Shown one piece after another: positions 1 through 9,790 of a stretch of 36,945 nt of DNA; position 1 is the first letter of the stretch; every line of letters begins with the position of its first letter. The DNA is taken from positions 1 to 36,945 of the IMG/VR virus record IMGVR_UViG_3300029216_000023, one strand, 5' to 3'. This DNA is from a virus. Taxonomy: Duplodnaviria; Caudoviricetes. The notes under the pieces were generated by a model. That model saw nothing but the letters and a program-made list of their open reading frames with translations, had not been told where the DNA came from and ran no database searches. The position numbers and the translations under genes are program-made.

Positions 1-47
1 TGTAGCCGAGCGCGAGGTTTGAAACCATTTTGCGTGAGGTTTGAAAC
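1..47 (+). repeat. Phage end (equivalent to Mu attR) with two tandem putative transposase-binding sites
   Basis: GCGCGAGGTTTGAAAC (10-25) and GCGTGAGGTTTGAAAC (32-47), 22-bp period, next to the terminal TG. Confidence 0.8.
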
Positions 48-60
48 TAAAAATGTAATT

Positions 61-101
61 AAAAAAGCGGGATTAAAGATACTTTTAATCCCGCTTTTTT
101 T
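61..101. terminator. Bidirectional intrinsic terminator after the methyltransferase gene
   Basis: AAAAAAGCGGGATTAAA-gatact-TTTAATCCCGCTTTTTT perfect 17-bp inverted repeat with A/T tails on both sides. Confidence 0.85.
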
Positions 102-110
102 GTGTTCAAC

Positions 111-884
111 TCATGGCTTTTGGTAATTATTAATTAGCAGCTCGGAACGTGTCTTGTTCCGGGCTTTTTTTGTTGTGGCAATAGAGTATTTCAGAGAGGT
201 AGTTTCGATATGAAATCGATCGAATATTTCTCTTACTTCAGGGGTGTCATTTAGGGTCATGAGAAACTTGCCTCCTATATTATGTAGAAGGTCGGCCAGG
301 TCGAGGAAATCCTGTTCTTCAAAATCGTGCTTATAGCCTGGGATTTTCCAGTAAGGTGGATCCAGGAAGAACAGAGTATGGGGTCGGTCATATCGGGGGA
401 TGAGGTCTCGGAAGTCTTTACTCTCGATCTGAACATGAGCAAGACGTTGCCAGGCAAGCTCCAGGGTGATTTGAAGGGTAAGCATGTTTAACCGTGGCTT
501 GCCAACGGTGCTGGTACCATAGGTTTGTTTGGTGCAGAAGCCGCCAAATGCTGTGCGCTGCAGGTAGAGATAATTCGCAGCTCTTTGGATGTCTGTTAAT
601 GTCTCCGGATCTATTTTCTTTTTACGCTCGAACTCCGATCGTGCCACCAGGCTGAACTTGAATTGCCGGTGCAATTCTTCAGGATGATGTTTGATCACCC
701 TATATAGAGTGACCAGGTCTTTATCCAGATCATTCAGGACTTCTGTTTTTGATGGATCTTTAGTGAAAAAGACACTGGCGCCACCGGCAAATACCTCTAC
801 ATAGCAGCCGTGGTCTGGAAATTTACTGATGATAGTTTTTGCCAAACGGCTTTTGCCGCCGAAATATGGAATTACGCTCCCCAT
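111..884 (-). CDS. DNA adenine methyltransferase, D12 class (Dam-like), in the mom position
   Basis: N-terminal PYFGGKSRLA, YVEVFAGGASVFF (SAM-binding motif I), LNDLD and catalytic FFLDPPY. Confidence 0.93.
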   Translation of the reverse strand: MGSVIPYFGGKSRLAKTIISKFPDHGCYVEVFAGGASVFFTKDPSKTEVLNDLDKDLVTLYRVIKHHPEELHRQFKFSLVARSEFERKKKIDPETLTDIQRAANYLYLQRTAFGGFCTKQTYGTSTVGKPRLNMLTLQITLELAWQRLAHVQIESKDFRDLIPRYDRPHTLFFLDPPYWKIPGYKHDFEEQDFLDLADLLHNIGGKFLMTLNDTPEVREIFDRFHIETTSLKYSIATTKKARNKTRSELLINNYQKP

Positions 885-941
885 GTTAATCCTTTTGTTT
901 TTGCAGGCAGTCTGCTAAAACGTACCGCGTACACTACGTAC

Positions 942-1029
942 CGGGACTGAAGCAGGTTTACCTGTGGGCCTCCTTCCGAGTTACCTCTCGGTTGAAAGGT
1001 TCGGGGATGTTTGTGCATCCCCAGTCCCG
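942..1029. ncRNA. Candidate structured RNA in the methyltransferase leader (strand uncertain)
   Basis: Closing stem CGGGACTG(942-949)/CAGTCCCG(1022-1029) enclosing hairpins CAGG-ttta-CCTG, CCGAG..CTCGG and GGGGATG-tttgtg-CATCCCC. Confidence 0.45.
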
Positions 1030-1048
1030 TCCTCTTTGCTTACAACTC

Positions 1049-1519
1049 CTACCATCCCGGTTCTGTTACAACATCATACCCCTGAATCTGCTCAAGGGTT
1101 CTGGCTGGATCTTCAAGCCATGCCTCAGCTGTATCCAGATCGTTGTCCAGATCGTCGAGCAAATCATCAAGGGCTTCCATGGAATCAAGCTCTGCAACTT
1201 CCTGTGGTGTAGCCTTGTTTTTAGTTTCACGCCGGAGAAGTTTGATAGTGCGAGCGAGTATCTTGTCTTTTTTGCGCGAGTCACTGGATCCGATAACCGC
1301 GGCAACCCGTCTGTTCTTTTCGTCCCTGAGTTCTTGGCGCTTTTCGGCAAGAGCAGCTTCAAGAATTTCCTCAACAGTTCTCCAAGGATCTACTTGACCA
1401 CCATGTGCAAGGTAATCTTTAAACTCTTGCCCACCATTTCCATTTTCTGAAATTGTCGCTGAATCAGACAAACGTCTGATTTCAGTTTCTTCTTTATTTA
1501 ACCATTTATACTTATTCAT
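1049..1519 (-). CDS. Putative tail fibre assembly/chaperone-like protein
   Basis: 156 aa, directly downstream of the fibre gene, coiled-coil-like, ends in W; assignment is positional. Confidence 0.55.
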   Translation of the reverse strand: MNKYKWLNKEETEIRRLSDSATISENGNGGQEFKDYLAHGGQVDPWRTVEEILEAALAEKRQELRDEKNRRVAAVIGSSDSRKKDKILARTIKLLRRETKNKATPQEVAELDSMEALDDLLDDLDNDLDTAEAWLEDPARTLEQIQGYDVVTEPGW

Positions 1520-1522
1520 TTT

Positions 1523-2680
1523 TTATATCTCTGCCTCAGCAGTCCAATGGTATTGTACTCTTTCGCCAGTTGCTACAGCCCTGCCAAGGCCTCCAAGGCT
1601 TCTTACTATTTGTTTTTGAGATACTCCTATAGCGCTACCTGTATAATCAGTATCACCAACTATATAAACTTGACCAGAGGCACCAGTAACAGGCGAATAG
1701 AGTCTTGCACTTGGTGTTTGTATCATTGGAGTTATTGCCTGAACACCACCGTCATACAAACCTGTTCTACTAGATGCTTCTTGATGTCGATATTCATAAC
1801 AACCAAAAGTAGTTATTGCTCCCGGTGGTGTTTCTAGTGCATAACTCTTTTGATAATATGGGAAGCAAAGTTGTAATTCTTTTTCATCAGTTCTACGCCT
1901 GACAGGACGTTCGATATCGCCTTCAACAAGACGAATATTTGTTGCGTCCTCCGGAACAATAACCTCGGCCTGGACCTGGTCGGCTAAAGTAACAGTGAGA
2001 GGACTTGTTCCAGAGCCAACCGAGGCGGCTGATTGTGTAATTCCTCCACTTCCGCCACCATCCCACGACAAGGTATATTTGCCCGCATGTATCGAGGTGT
2101 TGATAACAGGTTGTTCTTTGGTTAAAGCGGTCACTCCCCTGCGCCACCTGTCATGGCCGTATTCACCGACAGCTATCCCGGCCCAATTGCCGTCAAAACT
2201 TCGCTGATTAATAATCTCATTCGGGTTAATAAGAACATTCTCCACCTCCGCCGCTTCAGCCGCAAAAGGCCGTAAATCAGCAATCCTTAGCACTGCCAGT
2301 TCACTGGCATCAGCCAATGCCAGAGGAACATAATCACCAGCAGGTGGGGCAGTGGCCACAGTGAGCGCACCGGTATTATCTACATAAATCCAGTTCACAA
2401 TCTCCAGTCCAGCTTGGGCCGCAGTGAGGGCAATACTTGCGCCGGTGATCTTGTAGATATTTCCTGCCACCTCGACGATCATGTCAGCGTAATCAGCATC
2501 CAGCCCACCACCATCAGTCACCTCCCCGCCGCTTATAACACGGTTGGTGGTGAGGAGCGCTCCCATGACCACATCGTCTATCTCATCACAGATATCGCGC
2601 TCATCATTCCAGTTAGTATACCCGACATCCGGCATCCGCTTTTTGAGTCTATTTGTATATCGTATGGTTGGATCTGCCAT
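1523..2680 (-). CDS. Tail fibre / receptor-binding protein
   Basis: 385 aa; NVLINPNEIINQR, GHDRW and ELQLCFPYYQKSY resemble motifs common in phage fibre C-terminal modules; end of tail module. Confidence 0.7.
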   Translation of the reverse strand: MADPTIRYTNRLKKRMPDVGYTNWNDERDICDEIDDVVMGALLTTNRVISGGEVTDGGGLDADYADMIVEVAGNIYKITGASIALTAAQAGLEIVNWIYVDNTGALTVATAPPAGDYVPLALADASELAVLRIADLRPFAAEAAEVENVLINPNEIINQRSFDGNWAGIAVGEYGHDRWRRGVTALTKEQPVINTSIHAGKYTLSWDGGGSGGITQSAASVGSGTSPLTVTLADQVQAEVIVPEDATNIRLVEGDIERPVRRRTDEKELQLCFPYYQKSYALETPPGAITTFGCYEYRHQEASSRTGLYDGGVQAITPMIQTPSARLYSPVTGASGQVYIVGDTDYTGSAIGVSQKQIVRSLGGLGRAVATGERVQYHWTAEAEI

Positions 2681-2689
2681 GATTGCCCC

Positions 2690-3256
2690 CTATGCCGAGA
2701 TGGTGAGTATCCAGGTCTGAACCATGGCCTCACCAGCTTCCTTGTTTTTTACAGCAAATACAGAACGGCACAGCATTTGACCTGCAGCAGCAGAATTAAA
2801 TATTCCTGCTTCAGTGATGGCACCTGTTCCGTCCCCTGCGTCCCAGGTACAGGTATAAGTCACTTTGTTTGTGTCAGCCCCGGTGCCCTGCACTCTGGAA
2901 TCCAGAGGATTGCGATCCAGTTCATTTTCCAGGGCTGTATCTGTATCTACTGCCCCCGTTGTTCCGGTACCAATGGCCATATATGCCATCTGGGCCTCGT
3001 TCCTTTCGGCCAGTTGATCGGCAATGTGGGCTTTGCCTGCGCCCACCACCAGATTCCAGTGCCAACCGTCGTAGGTAACTTCTCCAGTGGCCTCGATGTA
3101 CTTCTTAAAATGCACTCTCCCGTATGGATTGATACCATCACGGAAACTGACAATTATATGCCTCAGGTTTGTCCAGGAATAAAATGTCAGATAAAGCAGC
3201 TCCCACCCGGAAATAAGCATGCTGTGCAGTTTTTTTAGCAGAAGAGCTAAAATCAT
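2690..3256 (-). CDS. Tail-collar/fibre-attachment-like structural protein
   Basis: NLVVGAG, YMAIGTGTT, DTALENE and AITEAGIFN motifs typical of tail-collar fibre proteins; start uncertain. Confidence 0.65.
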   Translation of the reverse strand: MILALLLKKLHSMLISGWELLYLTFYSWTNLRHIIVSFRDGINPYGRVHFKKYIEATGEVTYDGWHWNLVVGAGKAHIADQLAERNEAQMAYMAIGTGTTGAVDTDTALENELDRNPLDSRVQGTGADTNKVTYTCTWDAGDGTGAITEAGIFNSAAAGQMLCRSVFAVKNKEAGEAMVQTWILTISA

Positions 3257-3552
3257 GAGATATACCCCCTATCAGTTCTTAATGTTGCTGCGGGGCTGTA
3301 TGCCACGCTGATTTGATTACAAAATGGACAAAGAAAACCCTGTGGAGGCTTATGCCCTTTAAGCGGCGCCAGGTTCTCAGGTACCGCTCCTTTGGATTCG
3401 TCCTTTACATAAAAAATATGTTCTTTACAATTGATGCAGTAGACCTTGATCGCCTGTACCATCTTTATCTGCAGTTCATCACCGGGCACGATTCTGTCAC
3501 GGCGTGTTAAAAATCGTTTGAGCAGAGCCAGGAGTTTTTCGTGTCTTTTCAT
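3253..3552 (-). CDS. Small zinc-ribbon protein
   Basis: CxxC...CxxC (CINC, CPFC); ATG at 3552 follows the stop of the upstream gene; overlaps the next start. Confidence 0.6.
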   Translation of the reverse strand: MKRHEKLLALLKRFLTRRDRIVPGDELQIKMVQAIKVYCINCKEHIFYVKDESKGAVPENLAPLKGHKPPQGFLCPFCNQISVAYSPAATLRTDRGYIS

Positions 3553-3554
3553 TT

Positions 3555-6500
3555 TTATATGCCGTATGGTGACAGGCCCCATCCGGAACTTAATTTTCCG
3601 CCGTACCCTGAGGACATTAGCAAGGTGTCTGTCACCTGGGCCTCATCTTCCAGGAGAGACGACATCAGCCAGAGTAAGCGCTCGAAAATAAAAATCTGAT
3701 CAGGATTCTTCTGTCGATACGCGGTAAGTCCACCATAGGGCACCAGCCCATATCCACCGGATCCATAGCCATACACTGACCAGAATTCAAGATCCTCACC
3801 CGCCATCGCAGAATCTTCCTGCAGACATCCCATTTCTCCAAAAATCAGATCGTTTGCAGTGACACTCTCAGACAACACCTTGTGCCAGGCCACGAGGGTC
3901 AACAAGGCATCGCTGATGATTGCCTCATCTTCCCGGGTGGCATTGAGCTGGGTAAAGAGCTGATCGAGAATATGAATGGCATCGGCAAGTTCGCCGATTT
4001 CAATGAGCATGGTTGAGAGAACATCCATGACCAGGACAGCATCCTCATTGCGCATTTCTAGCAAAACGTAATAGAGATTTTCGGCCACAATCCGCATCAG
4101 GTTGATCGACTCGTTTTTTGCAGAACCAAAAATCCTATCCATGGCACGCAGAACCATGGGCACTTTATTCATCTTGTTAAAATCTGCAGACACCTCCAGG
4201 ACATCTTCTTTTTCCAAATCAAACTGATCCAGATAAGCCATGAATGTGTAGAATGATGACGGATAGGAATCGGCCATCAGGTAGAAGTCCGCCACCGCTG
4301 CCGCCATGGTTTCGTCACGGATCAGGTCAAAATTATAGGCGTCTTTTCTGGTTTTCAGACCGAAACGATCGATGGATCCAGAGTCCTCCCTGGTGACAGA
4401 ATCCAGATAGCCGGTGGTGTCGGTTTCTCCTGCTGTCCAGTCTCGTTTAAAGAAGAGTTGAATACGGTTTGAAATGTCACTGAGGGGCTGTCGCACAACC
4501 GAGATGGAACGCGCCTGCAGGTCATCATTAGAGGTCAGTTGCCGGGCCACTGGTTTAGATGCCGGATGGCCTTCCCGCAGAACCATCTTCAGTTTTCCGC
4601 CTGAGGTGAAAAATCGGGAATGCGCCTGCAAACAGATTTTTTTGATCGCCTCCCGCACGATAAGGGTAGCATCGACCAGGCCGTCAAGTCGATAACCTCG
4701 ATCATCGTATTGAACAGCTATGGTATTAAAAGAATCCGTATCAAATTCAGATGCTGCCACCTCGGCCCGGTCAGTGAGGAGATGCTGTACAGCCTGATCC
4801 GGCCTGACCTGATTAGAAAGCCCGGTCACCTCTGCGGTGACATCATCGGAAAAGACGATCTCAGTAGGCACAAACTCAACATCAAAAAGGGTATGGAGGA
4901 TATTGACTGTTTTTCGCTCATTCACCCCGGCATCAAAATAGGTGATCCGGATCTCTCGGCCGGTAAACCAGCTCCAGTCAAAATCGACGTGATTTGTGAT
5001 GTCAAAGAGATTGGTGATGGTGCGCGAGGGGTTGTTCTGGCCATGCAGTTCGAGCGCCACGTTATCAACTGCCAATTCGACAACATCATCGTTTGACTTT
5101 ACCGGTGCCGTGTTAATATCAATGCTGCCCGGTGTCTGGTTTGTTGTATTCGTCACCACTTTTACTGCGCTGGTTTTATTGACTGCGTCTTCAGTGTAAA
5201 AAACGGTCATACCGACAATGCGGAAGTGCGCAGAGGACATGGTAGAAGACGGGACAATGGAAGCGGCCTTAATGTATCCAGGGTCAAAAATCCATGACTC
5301 ATGAATCGTGTAGTACTCATGGGTTTGTACCCCTCCGATGGAGACATCCGAGTAAAGATCATCAAGCAAGCCTTGCTTCCAGGTATTCAGGCCTCCGGTA
5401 TACTGCCAGCGTACCAGAGCCCTGGTGAAACCCTCTTTAAATGGCCCGAAAGGAACAGACTGGGGGGCCTGGTATTCACTGGTAGAAACCATCCCTATGA
5501 CTGATTTTTCATCTGCAGTATAGGAATGAGAATGATCCGTCGACTCCGTCTGACAAATCGGATCATAGGAAACATGCCCATGCACACCGCCGGTTTCATG
5601 GTCATGGGGATGATCAATGTTCACATCTGCATCGAGATCAAACTCATCATTAGGATTTGGCCGGGACAATCTACCCACAACACCAATACCGGACACCCAC
5701 ACCTCGACGTAATCGGAAAGAAAACTTCCTGATTCCCAATGTTTCACCACCAGATACGCCTTCAGGATTTCACCGAGATTTGGATTTACGGTGTTCTGGA
5801 GCAGGGCCAGGGTTGTATTGCCGGGTTTGATCCGGGCAGCTGTTGCCCCATCGGCTGCGTCAAAGGCATATGGAGCCTGCAGGGCAGAGTTTGCCCCCGA
5901 TACTCCGTCAAACTGCATCTCTAAAAAACGGGTGGCGGATGCGAATTTTTTTACCCAGGGCTTTTCGCTGAAAATGATCCGGGCCGGATTGAGATCAGGC
6001 CGCACCGTATAAATCTCCTCCGGTGCTGGAAAGCCCTCAATTAACACTTGGGCAATTTCGGCAACAGGCCCTGCGCATAATAAAAACGTATGGTCTGAAA
6101 TCACCTGTATAACGTCCCGTTTATCCAGGTGCACAGCCGCATCAGAGAGGTAGCCACGCTGGAGCACCGCCAGACTGTTTTTTGTCCTGCTGCTGTAGCG
6201 GATCTTTTCTTCATCAATTTGTACTGTTCCTGCAGCAGGAAAATCGAGCTCATCCATATCATCATAGACATCGATGATCATGGTGTTGCTCAATATGGAG
6301 GATTTCAGGCTGAGCACAATTGCAGCCTTAGCATTCAGAGTCGGGATCTGCCCGGTGGAGCCAAAGGCCAGCGGGATTCCCTTACCGATATCGCTGCCGG
6401 CAGCATTGGGCCATGCTTCTTTGGTGAGCAGATCACCACAGGGCTGATCGTAACGAATGGCCATGGAGACCAGATCCAAGTTGAGCAGCCTTGATTTCTC

Positions 6501-6902
6501 GTCATAGGAGATGGGATCCTGGATAACAAAGCGATCGATCAGGGCCGCATCAGATTCGGCGGTTCCTGCAAACCACTGGTACAGCTCCACCTCTACGTTT
6601 TCAGGATATTCAGCCAGGAAATAATGAGAAAAGGCATCCTTTCCTCCGTTCCAAAGGGTGATGGAGGCCTGGCGGATCTCGCCGCTCTCAGTTGCCTGAA
6701 CATCACCCACCGTGTCCTGCAGCTCTCCCCATTCCATAACCAGAGGTTGATATTCATGGCTCAAACCATCGGCAGCGCCCAGGGCCTGATCAGAAATATA
6801 TACCGGCCCGGCATCATGAAAATTAAAAATTATTAACTGACGAGGTCGCGACAGTGCAGCATCCTTGGCAGCGATAAAGACAGGAGTAAGATCGGATCTC
6901 AT
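3555..6902 (-). CDS. Large tail tip / central hub protein
   Basis: 1115 aa after distal tail and tape measure; ISNRIQLFFKR...SIDRFG region resembles tail-tip domains; C-terminal acidic repeats and GYG motifs. Confidence 0.75.
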   Translation of the reverse strand: MRSDLTPVFIAAKDAALSRPRQLIIFNFHDAGPVYISDQALGAADGLSHEYQPLVMEWGELQDTVGDVQATESGEIRQASITLWNGGKDAFSHYFLAEYPENVEVELYQWFAGTAESDAALIDRFVIQDPISYDEKSRLLNLDLVSMAIRYDQPCGDLLTKEAWPNAAGSDIGKGIPLAFGSTGQIPTLNAKAAIVLSLKSSILSNTMIIDVYDDMDELDFPAAGTVQIDEEKIRYSSRTKNSLAVLQRGYLSDAAVHLDKRDVIQVISDHTFLLCAGPVAEIAQVLIEGFPAPEEIYTVRPDLNPARIIFSEKPWVKKFASATRFLEMQFDGVSGANSALQAPYAFDAADGATAARIKPGNTTLALLQNTVNPNLGEILKAYLVVKHWESGSFLSDYVEVWVSGIGVVGRLSRPNPNDEFDLDADVNIDHPHDHETGGVHGHVSYDPICQTESTDHSHSYTADEKSVIGMVSTSEYQAPQSVPFGPFKEGFTRALVRWQYTGGLNTWKQGLLDDLYSDVSIGGVQTHEYYTIHESWIFDPGYIKAASIVPSSTMSSAHFRIVGMTVFYTEDAVNKTSAVKVVTNTTNQTPGSIDINTAPVKSNDDVVELAVDNVALELHGQNNPSRTITNLFDITNHVDFDWSWFTGREIRITYFDAGVNERKTVNILHTLFDVEFVPTEIVFSDDVTAEVTGLSNQVRPDQAVQHLLTDRAEVAASEFDTDSFNTIAVQYDDRGYRLDGLVDATLIVREAIKKICLQAHSRFFTSGGKLKMVLREGHPASKPVARQLTSNDDLQARSISVVRQPLSDISNRIQLFFKRDWTAGETDTTGYLDSVTREDSGSIDRFGLKTRKDAYNFDLIRDETMAAAVADFYLMADSYPSSFYTFMAYLDQFDLEKEDVLEVSADFNKMNKVPMVLRAMDRIFGSAKNESINLMRIVAENLYYVLLEMRNEDAVLVMDVLSTMLIEIGELADAIHILDQLFTQLNATREDEAIISDALLTLVAWHKVLSESVTANDLIFGEMGCLQEDSAMAGEDLEFWSVYGYGSGGYGLVPYGGLTAYRQKNPDQIFIFERLLWLMSSLLEDEAQVTDTLLMSSGYGGKLSSGWGLSPYGI

Positions 6903-7267
6903 CCAACGACCTCAAGCAGCAGCTCACCGGAAAAACGCTGGAAGGAAGTTTGCGGAAAGTCGACTTCCTCGGTGAGCATCAGCACGGTATGTGGCACACC
7001 ATCCTCATCGTAATAGGTGAATTCATGTTCTATGCCATTGCAGATCTGGTCATGGAAATTCATCAGATTGTTATAATCATCAAGAGGAAGACCTTTAAAG
7101 ACGATGGGAAAGGTGCGGATGGTCAGGCCCAGATCTTCCCGCCGCCATGTGCCGCCTCCGGTGCGATCCCTGACCTGGGCTTTTCGTACAGGCTTATGAA
7201 CCGGATACTGGATCCCTTTAGAAAACTGGAGGATATTAGCCCCTAGTACAAATTTGATAGCAGCCAT
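6899..7267 (-). CDS. Distal tail protein-like
   Basis: 122 aa immediately after tape measure, FTYYDEDG motif; coupled overlaps on both sides. Confidence 0.6.
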   Translation of the reverse strand: MAAIKFVLGANILQFSKGIQYPVHKPVRKAQVRDRTGGGTWRREDLGLTIRTFPIVFKGLPLDDYNNLMNFHDQICNGIEHEFTYYDEDGVPHTVLMLTEEVDFPQTSFQRFSGELLLEVVG

Positions 7268-9003
7268 CAGGATCGTACCTCCTGCCGGTTTTGTTCACTT
7301 ATTATGGCGTTAACATCAGAGCGGGACACCTGCTGGTTGATATTCACTGTGGTGCTGGTGTTGTAATTGTCCGGGGCGTTTCTAATGCGTTCTGCCCACT
7401 CATCTGTTGTTTCCTCGCCGCTGTTATTTGACGGGGAAGCTCCGCCGGGACTGGGAGCTGCAGCAGCAACGGCATTCAACTGCTGGAATTGTGCAATCAG
7501 GCTGTTGACTGTGGATTCCATCCCGGATCCGTCCATCGAGGCGTAGACTGTGAACGCTGTGCCATCGAGGCCTTCTATTTGTAAACCGTATTGTTCCAGC
7601 ATGTCCATTCCGGCCCCTGTTACAGTATTCAGTTCGTCGACGAGGGCGCCCGCCTGGGACTGGAGATTATCCATGGCCATTCCTGCCGCAGATTCCTCTT
7701 TTTCCCATGCCTGTTCGGATAACGCCCCGATCTGGTCGTATAGCCAATCTTCAATTGCAATGACATCGGCCCCGGCCTCTTTCCATTTGGCGGCTTTTTT
7801 TACAAGTTCGGAAGCTTCTGCAGAAAAATAGGCTTCACCGCCCTGGCCGAGCTGCTCGTACATTTCTTTTGTGATTGCTGTTTTTTCGGATGCTTCTTTT
7901 TTTGCCGCAGCCACAAGATCTTTCTGTGATTTGGCGAGATCATCAGACGCTTTTTCCTGGTCTTTTGAATTTTCTACCGCATTGTTTTTTATTGATGTAT
8001 TGGCCTTATTCGTTTCCGTTGCCAAGACAGCAACATTTTTTGAGTTCTTTTTCAGCCATTCGTCAAACTCTTTGGCATCCATGGTTGCAAATTCAAAAAA
8101 GGAAAGCCGACCTGAAAATACCGCTTTCCAACCTTTAAATGACTCGCCGATATTGACGAAGGTACCAGCAAAAGCTCTGGCCTCATCTTTCAGACTGATA
8201 ATTAACTTGGTAGCCTCTCCCATGACATCGGCAAAGAGCGGGGCAAATTCAGCAGCAAGCTCATTTTTAAAACCGCTAAATGCAGATATCATGTCCTTTG
8301 TGGCCTTGCCTGCTTTAAGCAAATTCTGGTGATCAACCTCTCCTAATGCCAAACCCAGCTCGCTTGCTCTCTCAGCATTCTCCTTGAACGCTTTTCCTTC
8401 ATCTGCCAAGAGAGGAATAAGGAGAGAGGCATCGTTGGCGATCGCCTCTAGATAAAAAATTTGTTCCTCTGCGCTCACACCCACGTCGTCCATGGCTTTT
8501 TTTACCGCTATAAGGACATCAGGGCCTGAAAGATTTTGGAGTTCCTTGGCGGTAAGGCCTATCTGAGGAGCGATGTTTTCAAAAAAGTCTTTAAATTCAC
8601 CTCCACCTGTTGCCAGAAAATCACCCAATTTATCCTGAACATCCTTGGTCATGTCAGCAAGCTTTTCAGCAGAGATACCCACCTGTTCAGTAGCATACGC
8701 ATATCCCCGAAACTCCTGGGCGCTCATCTTCGCCACTCTGGCGAGGTTTTCCAGTTCCTTCGCCTCCCTGGCAGAAGTGATCACCAATGCTGAAACTGCA
8801 GCAACAGCAGCAGCCGCACCAAGGGCAATCTTTCCCCATACACCCTTGATTTTATCCCAGCCCTCCTGGATTTTTGCAGCCGCACCGGTGCCAGCTCGCT
8901 CAACCTTTTTAAAAGATTGCTCGGAATCACTGGCAAACTGCTTGATGCGCAAGGTTCCCTTGTCATCCACGTACAGTTCTATGGCTACTTTGGCGTTGGT
9001 CAT
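7267..9003 (-). CDS. Tail tape measure protein
   Basis: 578 aa, Ala/Lys/Glu-rich helical, hydrophobic ALGAAAAVAAV segment; follows the chaperone pair. Confidence 0.85.
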   Translation of the reverse strand: MTNAKVAIELYVDDKGTLRIKQFASDSEQSFKKVERAGTGAAAKIQEGWDKIKGVWGKIALGAAAAVAAVSALVITSAREAKELENLARVAKMSAQEFRGYAYATEQVGISAEKLADMTKDVQDKLGDFLATGGGEFKDFFENIAPQIGLTAKELQNLSGPDVLIAVKKAMDDVGVSAEEQIFYLEAIANDASLLIPLLADEGKAFKENAERASELGLALGEVDHQNLLKAGKATKDMISAFSGFKNELAAEFAPLFADVMGEATKLIISLKDEARAFAGTFVNIGESFKGWKAVFSGRLSFFEFATMDAKEFDEWLKKNSKNVAVLATETNKANTSIKNNAVENSKDQEKASDDLAKSQKDLVAAAKKEASEKTAITKEMYEQLGQGGEAYFSAEASELVKKAAKWKEAGADVIAIEDWLYDQIGALSEQAWEKEESAAGMAMDNLQSQAGALVDELNTVTGAGMDMLEQYGLQIEGLDGTAFTVYASMDGSGMESTVNSLIAQFQQLNAVAAAAPSPGGASPSNNSGEETTDEWAERIRNAPDNYNTSTTVNINQQVSRSDVNAIISEQNRQEVRS

Positions 9004-9790
9004 TATCGGTTTTCGGTGTTAGGTTTTTGGTTTTCGGCCCGGAGTCTCGTATGCTCGCTTACCTGATATTTTTTTATTTCGCGATGGATTGCAACCAGGT
9101 TGCGGCGCATCATGGCGCGTTTAAAATTTGGTATTTCAAGGTCATTAAAAGCATCTTTAAAGACGGTATAATCAAGCTCTCCCCAGGGACAAACACGAGC
9201 GTAAATAACAAACAACGCTTTGGTATCCAGATCCCATTCAGCTACCTGGCAATCCCCGCAATCTGGCTCCACATCGTCGTTCTGCAGATTATCTGCACAC
9301 TGTCTGCAGTTTATGGCCGGATAGTCGAGGGAGAACCAAACGGCCTTTAAAGCTTTTTTTCGGACTCTGCCTCCCGCTCAGCATTAAAGCGCTCGATGTC
9401 GAGGCAGACACGATTGATCCAGGAGTTAAATGCCGGGGAAAACTGCATGAGCAGCATCTTTGATTTTGCATCGCAAGCGATGTCGCCTTTATGCTTCTTG
9501 ATTTTTTTCCAATCTCTCAGCAGTACCAGGCGTCGCAGATCCTTAACCGTGAGCCCCTTCCAATCGACAATCACCCAATCAAGAAAGAGCTCCAGATATT
9601 TTTCAGTGTTTAAGACCTGGCGTTTTTGCATCGTTGCCAGATCCCATTTAGGTTCTGTCGCGGCCTCAATAAATTCTGCCTGCTTGCGACCGAGTGGCCT
9701 GGTCTGCACCTCAAAGGTCGGGGATCCTGCGTATGCCACCCAGATCGGGAGTTGCTCTTCGCTTGTGTCGATTATGTCAGTTAAAATCAT
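9003..9790 (-). CDS. Tail assembly chaperone GT (programmed -1 frameshift fusion of 9347-9790 with the frame ending at 9003)
   Basis: GAA AAA AAG slippery site just before the G stop; the -1 frame is open (ALKAVWFSLDYPAINCRQC...) and in frame with ORF 9003-9272. Confidence 0.8.
9347..9790 (-). CDS. Tail assembly chaperone G
   Basis: 147 aa between tube and tape measure, VIVDWKGL motif, ends EKKL* over the slippery site. Confidence 0.8.
   Translation of the reverse strand: MILTDIIDTSEEQLPIWVAYAGSPTFEVQTRPLGRKQAEFIEAATEPKWDLATMQKRQVLNTEKYLELFLDWVIVDWKGLTVKDLRRLVLLRDWKKIKKHKGDIACDAKSKMLLMQFSPAFNSWINRVCLDIERFNAEREAESEKKL

Noticed and set aside
111-884. Calling the enzyme dam (GATC-specific) or part of a restriction-modification system
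   Set aside because: Specificity cannot be read from sequence and no cognate endonuclease is adjacent
1049-3256. Invertible G-segment or diversity-generating retroelement at the fibre genes
   Set aside because: No invertase, no inverted fibre copy, no reverse transcriptase and no TR/VR pair seen
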